From the sequence record MK250027.1: DNA of 64,000 nt. One strand, written 5' to 3'. The notes under the pieces were generated by a model. The model was not told where the DNA came from. It ran no database searches and worked only from the letters and a program-made list of their open reading frames with translations. Position 1 is the stretch's first letter, and every line of letters begins with the position of its first letter. The position numbers and the translations under genes are program-made. Of the stretch, positions 11,650-20,756 are shown one piece after another.

Positions 11650-12142
11650 CTATATTATAGTATTTCTTTCTAAAACATTTTTTTAGTAATGATACAACAT
11701 GAATATTAGGAAATTCACAAGGATTATTAGGATTTGTTTCATTATAAATATCGGGATAACAATCTAATATAAATTTAACAACTCCTTGAGATCTAGATAC
11801 TCCAGCTGAACAATGAACATAAATATCTTTTCCTAAATTATTCTCTATAAAATTAAATAATTCATTTGCTTGATTATCTGTTAATCCTTTAATTGAATTT
11901 GCATATTTAATTTCATCTTCTGTTATATCATCTCCATATGCATATAATAAATTATAATCTGTAATATCATAAAAGTCTAAATTAATAACATTATCTCTTG
12001 ATTTAAATATATGATATTCATCTTTTGCATTTGGTTCACATATAGATATTATTGCTATATTATCTGGTAATGTATTGTTATCCCATTTATTTTTATTCAT
12101 TAACGATTTAAATCCGTCAAATCCTGTACACCAAATTTTCAT
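11642..12142 (-). CDS. Protein-tyrosine/dual-specificity phosphatase-like protein
   Basis: CX5R P-loop VHCSAGVSRS. Confidence 0.85.
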   Translation of the reverse strand: MKIWCTGFDGFKSLMNKNKWDNNTLPDNIAIISICEPNAKDEYHIFKSRDNVINLDFYDITDYNLLYAYGDDITEDEIKYANSIKGLTDNQANELFNFIENNLGKDIYVHCSAGVSRSQGVVKFILDCYPDIYNETNPNNPCEFPNIHVVSLLKKCFRKKYYNIDD

Positions 12143-12777
12143 AATTTACTTAATTGAATTTCTAATTCATGTATATGTGATAATTCTTTATCTATCTCAT
12201 CATTTAAATAATCTATTCTATCTTGCGATTTTTTAATTAAGCGTTTAAGTTCATCTGATAATATATTATTTTCATCAAAATAATTTGAAATGATTTTTTT
12301 AATATTATCTATTCCGTTAACAAATGTTTTAAATTCATCATCTGTTAATTTAAAAGAAATTTGATTATTTAAATTATAAACATATATTTTTTCTTTTAAT
12401 GATTTACATTCTTTTAAAAAGAGTTCTATATTTTCATCTATTATAAAATCTAAATCATAATCAGTAAATTTGACAAAAGTATTAATTTCAAAATTATCAT
12501 ACTTTGGATTAATAAATACGTCGTTAAATATATAATTTACATAATAGAATAAATCAACTCCATAAATATCATGAAACGAATCTGTATGACATACTATAAA
12601 ATCTCCTAATTTCATATTAGAAAAATATCCATAATCGAAATCAAATATTTTTATTGTTCTATTTAATAAATCAATTGGTATATTATCTTTTAAAATTTTA
12701 GGAAAATCATTTTCATCAGGACATTCTAATAATTTATGAATATCCTGATATATGTTTTTTAATTTCTCATATTCCAT
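12139..12777 (-). CDS. Hypothetical protein with C-terminal coiled coil
   Basis: 212-aa ORF. Confidence 0.8.
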   Translation of the reverse strand: MEYEKLKNIYQDIHKLLECPDENDFPKILKDNIPIDLLNRTIKIFDFDYGYFSNMKLGDFIVCHTDSFHDIYGVDLFYYVNYIFNDVFINPKYDNFEINTFVKFTDYDLDFIIDENIELFLKECKSLKEKIYVYNLNNQISFKLTDDEFKTFVNGIDNIKKIISNYFDENNILSDELKRLIKKSQDRIDYLNDEIDKELSHIHELEIQLSKL

Positions 12778-12779
12778 AT

Positions 12780-13469
12780 TTAAATAAACTTTTTAATATA
12801 TTTTAATGTATCATGAATATCTTGAGAAAACTTAAACAATGCTTCCTTTGTTTTAAGATTAATATCTTTATATAGTTGTTCTTTCGTTTCAAACCCTATA
12901 GCATCATCTGATTTCATCCATGATTTCTGTATAACTGCAGTATGCCTATTACTATCATTAATAGTAATATTATCCCAATTATTACCATATATATTAATTT
13001 CTGTATATACAATAGTTACTCTATTATTAATAATATTTACATCTTCTAACATAATATAAGTATCATTAATATTATAATCAAAACCACATGGTTCTACACC
13101 ATATGTTATATCTTTATAAAAATCATTATCTACTTTTCGCATAACTTTACCAGTATCTAAATAATTATGCTGAATAAAATCACGTAATTCAATATTATAT
13201 TGAGATATAAAATTACCGCATGGACATTGTTCAGTCAAAAATATTTGCATATTATATGGTAAATATCTAAAATCTTCATTATTAACATTTAAATAACGAC
13301 GTTTTACTAATTTAAATGTATAATCAATATTATTGATATTAATAGTTACTTCTTCCTTTGCACAAAAATCTTGATATGTATGCAACTTATTTAAAAGACG
13401 TTTAAATAATGTAGCAACTCTATCACAACCTAAATCATTTACTGAAATATCATATACTTCAAAATTCAT
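12780..13469 (-). CDS. Hypothetical protein
   Basis: 229-aa ORF directly after a class I promoter. Confidence 0.8.
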   Translation of the reverse strand: MNFEVYDISVNDLGCDRVATLFKRLLNKLHTYQDFCAKEEVTININNIDYTFKLVKRRYLNVNNEDFRYLPYNMQIFLTEQCPCGNFISQYNIELRDFIQHNYLDTGKVMRKVDNDFYKDITYGVEPCGFDYNINDTYIMLEDVNIINNRVTIVYTEINIYGNNWDNITINDSNRHTAVIQKSWMKSDDAIGFETKEQLYKDINLKTKEALFKFSQDIHDTLKYIKKFI

Positions 13470-13505
13470 AGTTATATTATTTTTTAATTAAACATTCTAT
13501 TAATA

Positions 13506-13513
13506 CAAAGATA
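13506..13513 (-). promoter_or_regulatory. Class I host-type promoter TATCTTTG
   Basis: ATGTATCTTTGTA upstream of 13469. Confidence 0.8.
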
Positions 13514-13587
13514 CATAAAATTATTAAAAATAAAAAATAGTAATTAAGAAAACTAATATTAAATTTCTTAATTACTATATATTTTAA

Positions 13588-13794
13588 TTACTTTGATGAC
13601 GAGCTAGATGATGATGGAAATAATAATTTAGCAACTGTCATCAAACACAATGCATGAATATATGTAATTGTTGGTAAACCAAATAAATATGGCATAACAT
13701 AATTCCAACAAATCATAAATATAATTGCACCTAAAATAATAAATATAATTGCAACTAAAATAGTTACAATTGATGTCCATATAAAAGTTTTCAT
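13588..13794 (-). CDS. Small membrane protein
   Basis: 68 aa, two hydrophobic segments. Confidence 0.75.
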   Translation of the reverse strand: MKTFIWTSIVTILVAIIFIILGAIIFMICWNYVMPYLFGLPTITYIHALCLMTVAKLLFPSSSSSSSK

Positions 13795-13890
13795 ATAATT
13801 TATTTACTTGTAATTAATGCAAATAGAATATTTGATAATACATTAAATCTAAACTTCTTTTTTGCATATCTACCTTTATTTTTTATTTGT

Positions 13891-14115
13891 TCATACTTCA
13901 TTATTTCTATTATTATAATAATTAATCAAATCAACTTTCATTTCTTTATTAAATTGATTATTTCTTTTTCTATTTCTAATAACTCTATCTTCTGCTATTT
14001 CACAATTATAACGTTTCCATTTATTTAAAATAGAACGTCTATACTTTGGTTTAATTTTATCTTTATTATCATGCATATAATCATATACAGCTTGTTCTTT
14101 AAAATTATTACTCAT
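13891..14115 (-). CDS. Small basic hypothetical protein
   Basis: 74-aa ORF. Confidence 0.65.
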   Translation of the reverse strand: MSNNFKEQAVYDYMHDNKDKIKPKYRRSILNKWKRYNCEIAEDRVIRNRKRNNQFNKEMKVDLINYYNNRNNEV

Positions 14116-14158
14116 AGTATATTTTATAAAGATATTTTATTTTCAAAATAATAAAAAA

Positions 14159-14222
14159 TAAACATCAAAATTGTGGTTCTAAATCTTACTGCTACTTACT
14201 AAGACTACAATTTTGATGTTTA
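14159..14222 (-). terminator. Terminator closing non-coding locus 1
   Basis: 16-bp inverted repeat TAAACATCAAAATTGT/ACAATTTTGATGTTTA followed on the minus strand by TTTTTTATT. Confidence 0.7.
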
Positions 14223-14896
14223 TAAAAGCAATCATTCATTATCCTGCAGCATCCATATTAGTATAAGTTTCATTGCAATAGAACTTTACAACTATAGTGA
14301 TAATCCACTTATACATTCTTTTACTCTAAAGTCTTTTATATAACTTTATCATACATAATATATGTACTGTCCATCAATAAAAGGTTCTTTATTTCATCAT
14401 GGTTTTATATCGTATAAACAACCCTCTGTATATCACTGATTCATTTCTTTACATTTAGAAATCAGGGTCTTTAAGCCTCAACGTTTGGCTGTAACTATTA
14501 TCCTCAACCATTACCAGATAATGTCATCTTGTTTTTGTGGTGCATCTCACATACCTCCTTTAATCATAAAACAAGCAAAACTACTAAGACAAATAACGTT
14601 TCTTAGAACTTCTACGAATTTACGCTCATATCAAATCATCATCTGATATAGACACCTAAATTAAGTGAATAAAGTTTACGACTCAATATAAAATTTTATA
14701 TCTCAACCTTTATCAAAAATGATTCATTAAATTCTTTTAAGGAACTTATTTCTAATTAAATGAAGGATTCATTTAAAATAGGTTCTCCCGAAAACATGCG
14801 GTTTATCCTTACTCATTATAATTATAATAAGCGTTGTTTATAGCACTCATTAGAATTCATTATGTATTATCTAACTCTCATTTATAATATTCATAA

Positions 14897-14925
14897 TTTA
14901 TATGATATTAAAAGCAAAATGTCTA
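14897..14925 (-). promoter_or_regulatory. Class II promoter TAGACA-N17-TATAAA
   Basis: Exact spacing; second promoter for ncRNA 1. Confidence 0.5.
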
Positions 14926-14967
14926 ATATCATATTATAAATTATTTGTCTCGTTAGATATTATCAAA

Positions 14968-14981
14968 ATTTCAAAGATCTC
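14968..14981 (-). promoter_or_regulatory. rRNA-leader-type boxA antitermination motif GAGATCTTTGAAAT
   Basis: About 25 nt downstream of the class I promoter; near-identical GAGTTCTTTGAAAT heads ncRNA 2. Confidence 0.55.
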
Positions 14982-15005
14982 TTCATTGTTATTTTATTAA
15001 CAATA

Positions 15006-15013
15006 CAAAGATA
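15006..15013 (-). promoter_or_regulatory. Class I host-type promoter driving ncRNA 1
   Basis: GTGTATCTTTGTA with no ORF downstream for about 900 nt. Confidence 0.75.
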
Positions 15014-15065
15014 CACATTCTTTTTTAATAAAAAAAATATTCTAAGAAAAAATTAAAAATATTTT

Positions 15066-15866
15066 TTATCTTACAAAACATGTTGCATATCCATGTTCAA
15101 CCTTAATAAATAATACTTCACCATTTAACCACAATTTATCAAATGGCGTTTTATCACCATTTTCTTGCATATCTTTATGTTCATCAATAGCATATTTCTC
15201 AATGTCATCAATACTACCTTTATAATAATTCTTTATGTTATCAGATTCAAGATATGCAATTCGCGACTTACATTCGTCAAGAAGTTCTTCAAATACAGGA
15301 ACAGATTTATTACAAAATCTGTCATACTCATTCTGAAAATTAATATTAGATGAACAAATACCATTTGTAATAATACGAGATACATTTTCAAGTTTCTCTA
15401 GATTATCAAGGTCTACATAAAAATCATCGCATGTAATATCATTATCTTTATACATACCAATAACATGAACTTTTGCATTCCATAATTCACACCATTTATT
15501 TGCACCATCTTCTATAAGCTGTCCAAAATCATTATCATGAAAATCAAACATAATCATGAAATTTTTATCAACCTTAATATCACTAGTTTCATATGGATCA
15601 CCTTTATACTTATGACCATCATAAAGACCTGTAAGATATGAAGAACGACTTATCCTTAAAATCTCTTTCAAACAAAAATCCTTAATTTTTTTATATTCTT
15701 CATCATTTAGATTATCAGTTCCATCAAGCAAATCTAATACTGAGTCATAATATTTTTCTTCATTTTTTACATAGTCATAAGACATATCTACAAATGGCTT
15801 GCCGAACATACGAATTTCAGATTTATTCATATCTTCTTGCATCTTCTTAAGATCTATTTCTTTCAT
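15066..15866 (-). CDS. Hypothetical protein
   Basis: 266-aa ORF. Confidence 0.8.
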   Translation of the reverse strand: MKEIDLKKMQEDMNKSEIRMFGKPFVDMSYDYVKNEEKYYDSVLDLLDGTDNLNDEEYKKIKDFCLKEILRISRSSYLTGLYDGHKYKGDPYETSDIKVDKNFMIMFDFHDNDFGQLIEDGANKWCELWNAKVHVIGMYKDNDITCDDFYVDLDNLEKLENVSRIITNGICSSNINFQNEYDRFCNKSVPVFEELLDECKSRIAYLESDNIKNYYKGSIDDIEKYAIDEHKDMQENGDKTPFDKLWLNGEVLFIKVEHGYATCFVR

Positions 15867-15879
15867 ATTTCTTAATTAT

Positions 15880-16821
15880 TTACATTGTTCCATCATTAGG
15901 TTGCAAACACATAATTCCACGTTCTCGCCACATCTTAACCACTTTAGAAGAATCTTCCAATACAAACAATACATTATAATAAGGTTCAATATATTCCTTA
16001 TATAAATTATATTTACAATCTGGACCCTTTGTAAAATTCTTCAAAGGTCTCATTAACACCTTATCAACATTACCAATAAGGTTATTCTTCAACCAATCTT
16101 CTGTTGCATGTCTAATATCGTCTGTATCTTCTCTACCTGTCAATATAATGACATCCACTGATTTATCGGCAATATATGTATTAACAAGTTGGCAAAGTTG
16201 CTTACATGGTTTATCATCCCTCATGCTATCAGCAGCACCATTACCATAAAATGGCCGACCTTGAAGATTAAAACAAAGTGTAGCATCCATATCTACAAGA
16301 ATACAATTCTTCTTCGTTTCATCAAACTTCTTAAAGCTATTATATTGCTTATTATTAAGTTGTGTAGCAATAAAGTTTCTATATCGCCTATAAGTAGATT
16401 TGATAACGGATTCACCTATAGGATTAGATCTAAATGAATCTCTTCTAATACATTCCTCTACCGATACATCAAAGAAATCCTTAAATTCCAATGTATAATG
16501 ATACTCATTATGTGTCTCATTATACTTATCAATTCTATCTTGCATTTCTTTCCATCCCTTTGGATTCAGGTTCATATTATCCATAATGATATTCCAACCT
16601 TTTTCCATAGGTGATTTAAAAAATGCATCTGTCATATCTTTAATAACAGAAAGTTTCTCACGTGATTCTACCCAATACTCACCGAACATGTTTCTAAGAG
16701 AATCCCAATTAATTCTAATTCTCTCAGTTGGTTTCTCCTTTACCCAATGTTCAGCGAATGTAGACTTACCAGACGCTTGAATACCTCTTGTCAATATAAT
16801 TACCCTTTCTTTCATATTCAT
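15880..16821 (-). CDS. pseT: Polynucleotide kinase/3'-phosphatase (T4 PseT-like)
   Basis: P-loop GIQASGKST, RINWDSLR, CIRRD; HAD domain ILVDMDATL...LTGR...LEDSSKVVKMWR. Confidence 0.9.
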   Translation of the reverse strand: MNMKERVIILTRGIQASGKSTFAEHWVKEKPTERIRINWDSLRNMFGEYWVESREKLSVIKDMTDAFFKSPMEKGWNIIMDNMNLNPKGWKEMQDRIDKYNETHNEYHYTLEFKDFFDVSVEECIRRDSFRSNPIGESVIKSTYRRYRNFIATQLNNKQYNSFKKFDETKKNCILVDMDATLCFNLQGRPFYGNGAADSMRDDKPCKQLCQLVNTYIADKSVDVIILTGREDTDDIRHATEDWLKNNLIGNVDKVLMRPLKNFTKGPDCKYNLYKEYIEPYYNVLFVLEDSSKVVKMWRERGIMCLQPNDGTM

Positions 16822-16841
16822 ATTTTATTTAATTAGCAATA

Positions 16842-16849
16842 CAAAGATA
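16842..16849 (-). promoter_or_regulatory. Class I host-type promoter TATCTTTG
   Basis: ATGTATCTTTGTA upstream of pseT. Confidence 0.8.
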
Positions 16850-16991
16850 CATAATTTTTAGGAAAATAAAAAATTAATTATTATCAAATACTATATTTTC
16901 AACAAAATTAAGTTTCTTATAATTTCTATTCTTTGAATACTTATCGATTATTTTTAAAAAATCGACCATAAATCTATAATCAAATTCTGGT

Positions 16992-17210
16992 TTATTCATC
17001 TTTTAACATCATTGCAAGAATAACAGATTTCATACATGTCATATATCCTTTAAGATACATATCTTTCAACATCAACCAAATTCTTTCAAATTCATCTGGT
17101 ATCTTTTCACTTGTATCATCAGATATATTAGAGTTACCGACAATAGTTTTAAGCTCTCGCCGTGCTTGATAATCAGCCATTGCATTTAATTTATTCTTAT
17201 TAAATTCCAT
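16992..17210 (-). CDS. Hypothetical protein
   Basis: 72-aa ORF. Confidence 0.7.
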   Translation of the reverse strand: MEFNKNKLNAMADYQARRELKTIVGNSNISDDTSEKIPDEFERIWLMLKDMYLKGYMTCMKSVILAMMLKDE

Positions 17211-17213
17211 ATT

Positions 17214-17903
17214 TTATTTAGATTTTAATCCTAAACAATATTCTTTATTAATATTATCAATAAAAGAATTAATTCTAATTCTTAGTAATTCTGATTCTTC
17301 TTCAAATTCCTTAATTTTATCAATGTCTTTTTTAATATCATCTATATTATGATTTAACAAATATTCATACGTATTAGGTTTAGATACTTTAAAATAATAA
17401 ATATCTTCATTCATAATATTATTATGATTTAAAGCACATAATAAATGATAAGATTCCTCATTTGCAGATGAACCATGATAACCATATCCATCACTTTCAA
17501 AATATATACATAATGGTCCATAACTATAATGTCCACCTGGATATACAGTTGTTCTTAATGAGTTAATATGAAATGATTTACATATATTATATTTCTTATC
17601 TAAATAATCATTCAATAACTTATTAATACTCATCATTTGAAGATCTAATAATCTATCTAAATTTATATCATTATTCTTACTTATATATACACTGGAAACT
17701 TCTTTTACAACTGAATCAATATCTAATTCATAATTCTCGTCTGTATATAAATGAAGAATACAAAGAAATAATCTATGTATATATTCTTTCTTATCGTAAT
17801 TTATATATGCAGTTTTTAATTTTTCTACATAATCATCTGTCACCTTCTTATTGATGTTATATTCGATATTCTTTATAAATTCTTTTTGCTCATTCTATGT
17901 CAT
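17214..17903 (-). CDS. Hypothetical protein, 229 aa (TAG at codon 3)
   Basis: ATG ACA TAG AAT GAG... is in frame with track ORF 17214..17843, which lacks an ATG start. Confidence 0.7.
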
Positions 17904-17905
17904 AA

Positions 17906-18103
17906 TCATTGCTCTTTTATTTTTCTTAAAATAAATTTAGGTTCTTGATAATAAAAATAATCTATTGTTTTATCATCTATAATGTTCAAATTATATAATG
18001 CTTGTGAAAACCTAATATCCTTATATGTCGTAAGATACTTCTTTAATATATCTAATATTTCCATATTAGCATTGTATCTCTCAAATGTTTCTTTAGTTTC
18101 CAT
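17906..18103 (-). CDS. Hypothetical protein
   Basis: 65-aa ORF in a tightly coupled operon. Confidence 0.7.
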   Translation of the reverse strand: METKETFERYNANMEILDILKKYLTTYKDIRFSQALYNLNIIDDKTIDYFYYQEPKFILRKIKEQ

Positions 18104-18501
18104 TAGAATAACGGATTAATTTTTATCTCGTTTGTTTTACTATATTCTTGTACATCTAAATTCAATGTTTCATTTAGCCAATCAGCAATTAAATGTCTGT
18201 GACAAAATTCATCTGGTTTTTCAAAACAACATAAAGCACAATCTTTATTACCTGTTATAAACTTTAATCTATCTATAAATAAAGTTGGTTCTTTAAATAT
18301 AGATAAAACTTCAGCTTTATATCGTTTTCTAAACTCTTGATGATTGCTTCTACAATTATTCAATATATCTGGTGTAGGTGCGATACTTGCTAAGTTAACC
18401 CCTTTGAAATCATTTGGCGGATAACAACACACACCTATAGGAATAATATTATTCTTTATAAGATTATTAATATTACCAAAATAGCTTGTATATATTTTCA
18501 T
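18103..18501 (-). CDS. DUF488-like protein
   Basis: MKIYTSYF...LAPT...Y...L...ALCCFEKPDEFCHRHLIADWL pattern. Confidence 0.7.
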   Translation of the reverse strand: MKIYTSYFGNINNLIKNNIIPIGVCCYPPNDFKGVNLASIAPTPDILNNCRSNHQEFRKRYKAEVLSIFKEPTLFIDRLKFITGNKDCALCCFEKPDEFCHRHLIADWLNETLNLDVQEYSKTNEIKINPLF

Positions 18502-18710
18502 ACACGAAATAAACTATATATTTCATTATAAGTTTCTTTTGATATTGGATATGATACTATATTACAATATTCTCCGAAATTCTGATCAACATCTACCATA
18601 TAACCTTGTTTATATGTATCATAATAGCATCTTACTATATGTGAAACATTAACTAAACCTGAATATGTATCAATAAATTTATTATAATTTTTATTTTTTA
18701 ACTTAATCAT
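18498..18710 (-). CDS. Hypothetical protein, 70 aa
   Basis: Start moved from 18902 to ATG 18710 (MIKLKNK) because the upstream part overlaps a real plus-strand gene. Confidence 0.6.
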   Translation of the reverse strand: MIKLKNKNYNKFIDTYSGLVNVSHIVRCYYDTYKQGYMVDVDQNFGEYCNIVSYPISKETYNEIYSLFRV

Positions 18711-18769
18711 AATACTAAAACTATATAACTTAATGTTTATATAATATATAAATGTTTTTGTTTTATTTA

Positions 18770-19093
18770 ATGGGAGGTTTTGTTTATTTAATTTGCGATC
18801 CTGAATAGAATTGTTATAAAATAGGTGTAACAAGGAATATAGCATAGAATAGATTAAAGTAGTTATAGACTGGTAACTCATCAAAATTACATATGGTTTC
18901 AAATATATATTGTGAATATCCTTTTAGACTTGAAACAATGTTACATAATAAATTCAATCATAAACGTGCAAATGGTGAATGGTTCTATTTAGAATAGGAA
19001 GATATAAGTAATTTTAAAACTATATGTGAAGAAACAATATAGATGATTAATGTAATGAAAGATAATCCATTCTTTAGTAAAGATTTAAAATGA
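18770..19093 (+). CDS. T5orf172/MUG113-like GIY-YIG-related protein, 107 aa (six TAG; absent from track)
   Basis: MGGFVYLICD...YKIGVT...NRLK(TAG)L(TAG)TGN...ETMLHNKF...NGEWFYL; the canonical motif is RLKQLQTGN. Confidence 0.85.
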
Positions 19094-19136
19094 ATAAAGG
19101 TGATATAAGAATAATAAAACTTATATCACCTTTATT
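19093..19136. terminator. Bidirectional terminator
   Basis: 17-bp perfect inverted repeat AATAAAGGTGATATAAG/CTTATATCACCTTTATT. Confidence 0.8.
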
Positions 19137-19137
19137 T

Positions 19138-19413
19138 TTAATTATCGTTCTTTTCTAATTCCTTATTAATATAATCCATATCTTCATCTGTTAAATCGCC
19201 AAATGATGTGAATAAATCTTTATTAATAAGTCCATATCTCATAAGATATGCTAATGTCATTCTTACAGCATAATCTGCAATATCATAAGTTGTTGTAACT
19301 TCTAAATTTTGTAAATCTGGATTATTACCAACTACATTAGAAACTTTATCAACAATCTTATCACATGTTTTTTTCATTGAATTTAATTCATTATTTGTTA
19401 ATTTGGTACTCAT
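19138..19413 (-). CDS. Hypothetical protein, 91 aa
   Basis: Start reassigned to ATG 19413 (MSTKLTNNE); the track start lies inside a terminator hairpin. Confidence 0.7.
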   Translation of the reverse strand: MSTKLTNNELNSMKKTCDKIVDKVSNVVGNNPDLQNLEVTTTYDIADYAVRMTLAYLMRYGLINKDLFTSFGDLTDEDMDYINKELEKNDN

Positions 19414-19469
19414 AATATCATTAAATAATTTAATTATTATATTACAACGATATGCATAAAGTTTAGAAA

Positions 19470-19510
19470 TAAAAAATGAGTTATTAGACTTATGCACAAT
19501 CTAATAACTC
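19470..19510 (-). terminator. Intrinsic terminator closing non-coding locus 2
   Basis: GAGTTATTAGA/TCTAATAACTC stem followed by ATTTTTT on the minus strand. Confidence 0.8.
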
Positions 19511-20575
19511 ACAAACACTTTATTCTAAATTTATTATATTTACATCTTATTTAAAGATGTCCCTCATGTTGTTATTCGTACGAACATAAGTTTCTGCCTC
19601 TTATGATTCACTTTAACGTTTGCCCGTTATATAATGAATGTTCATACTGAACTTCGTTATGTCCATAAGGACAAATGGCTGAGAACTTGACCAACACCTA
19701 CTCTCAATGCTGTAACGTTGGAGTTACATGTTCACACAACTCTTATTTCTAAGAGGTTGAGAGCATACCCACGACTTTTGTAAAAAATCGTAAACTCTTA
19801 CTTGATAGGTTTCATAGAAATTCATTTCATACCAACTTCCTTGGAAGGATTCAATGTGTCCCCACATTTAGCACGATACTACTCTTACTATTCTCATGTC
19901 TTTCCTTGCGGTACTCGAATCATGTCTACATATTACAGTAGAATAAGGGTATTTTAACCACCAAGTGTCGCACACTTTTGCTTATACATAATTATATGTT
20001 AAATAAAATAATTTCCAATATTATTATTCTTATTATATATTCTTTAGACTTGAAAGACGAGGTGCGACCAATAGCATTTCTTCCTTTTGAGAAGAACCCA
20101 CTAAATCGCCTTTCTGAAATTTCGTTACACCAATGTAACCATATTTCTACTCTTATAACTTACCTATTGTTTTTCAATAGTAATCTTACCATTTCTGAAC
20201 AAGTTACCAGCTTGTATAAATTATTTGGTTTATAATTTATATAAGATTCATTATAACAATTAATATTAGCACTGGGAATTGGTATTCCGATCACTAAATA
20301 TCCATAAACTTAAACTTCTATTGTATTACTACTCACATCAGTTGTCTATCAAACTTCCAATGTATATAAACTTCATCTCAGGAATTATCCCATCAATTTC
20401 CCATTTATACAGGCACTTACTAAGTTTGGTTTTCTGTAGAATGCTCATTATTCATAAACATCGATAAACATGTCTACTGTTTACCTTTATCACATCACTG
20501 CTTTATCCTTACCCCACCGAAACCATGGGTTTATATTTCAAAGAACTCATCTTGAATAAAATAAATTCATTCAAA
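19478..20575 (-). ncRNA. Candidate large ornate ncRNA 2 (about 1.05-1.1 kb, GOLLD/ROOL-class or new)
   Basis: All three minus frames are closed by TAA/TGA within 20281-20340. Clearly raised GC. Hairpins CC-GCAA-GG, GTCC-TTAT-GGAC, GTAAC-TCCAAC-GTTAC, GTTACA-TTGG-TGTAAC, TCTAC/GTAGA. Tandem promoters, boxA and terminator. Confidence 0.7.
20535..20548 (-). promoter_or_regulatory. boxA-like motif GAGTTCTTTGAAAT
   Basis: At the 5' end of ncRNA 2; matches the motif at 14968-14981. Confidence 0.55.
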
Positions 20576-20585
20576 TTTTATACTT

Positions 20586-20614
20586 ATTATATAATCAATA
20601 ATTTAAAAAGTCTA
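20586..20614 (-). promoter_or_regulatory. Class II promoter TAGACT-N17-TATAAT (proximal promoter of ncRNA 2)
   Basis: Perfect consensus with a 17-nt spacer. Confidence 0.7.
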
Positions 20615-20701
20615 TATTTTAATAGATATATTTCAAAATTTTTATTGTTAACTGTTATTAAAAATATTAAATATTAAAATCTTTTTAAACTTGATTCTAA
20701 A

Positions 20702-20730
20702 TTTATATATTAAATTAAATAGAAAGTCTA
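20702..20730 (-). promoter_or_regulatory. Class II promoter TAGACT-N17-TATAAA (distal promoter of ncRNA 2)
   Basis: 17-nt spacer; tandem with 20586-20614. Confidence 0.55.
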
Positions 20731-20756
20731 TATTTCAATACAATATTTTTAAAAAA

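Larger units (their letters stand above)
14160..14990 (-). ncRNA. Candidate large structured ncRNA 1 (about 0.7-0.8 kb)
   Basis: No minus ORF in the track, frequent TAA/TGA. More GC-rich than its flanks, many stems (CTAAGA/TCTTAG, CTTGTTT/AAACAAG, TTC-GGGA-GAA, GGTT/AACC). Own promoters, boxA and terminator. Shares 5' motifs with locus 2. Confidence 0.65.

Noticed and set aside
19500-19975. GTGCGAC start suggesting a group II intron
   Set aside because: No recognisable domain V/VI or terminal AY, no RT/maturase, and no interrupted gene flanks it.
19978-20467. Plus-strand ORFs 19978..20235 and 20279..20467
   Set aside because: Non-ATG starts, no motifs, and opposite to the promoter/boxA/terminator polarity of the RNA locus.
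14160-20575. tRNA, tmRNA or suppressor tRNA-CUA in the non-coding regions
   Set aside because: No cloverleaf with canonical T-arm and CCA end found by eye; a tRNAscan/ARAGORN run is still advisable.
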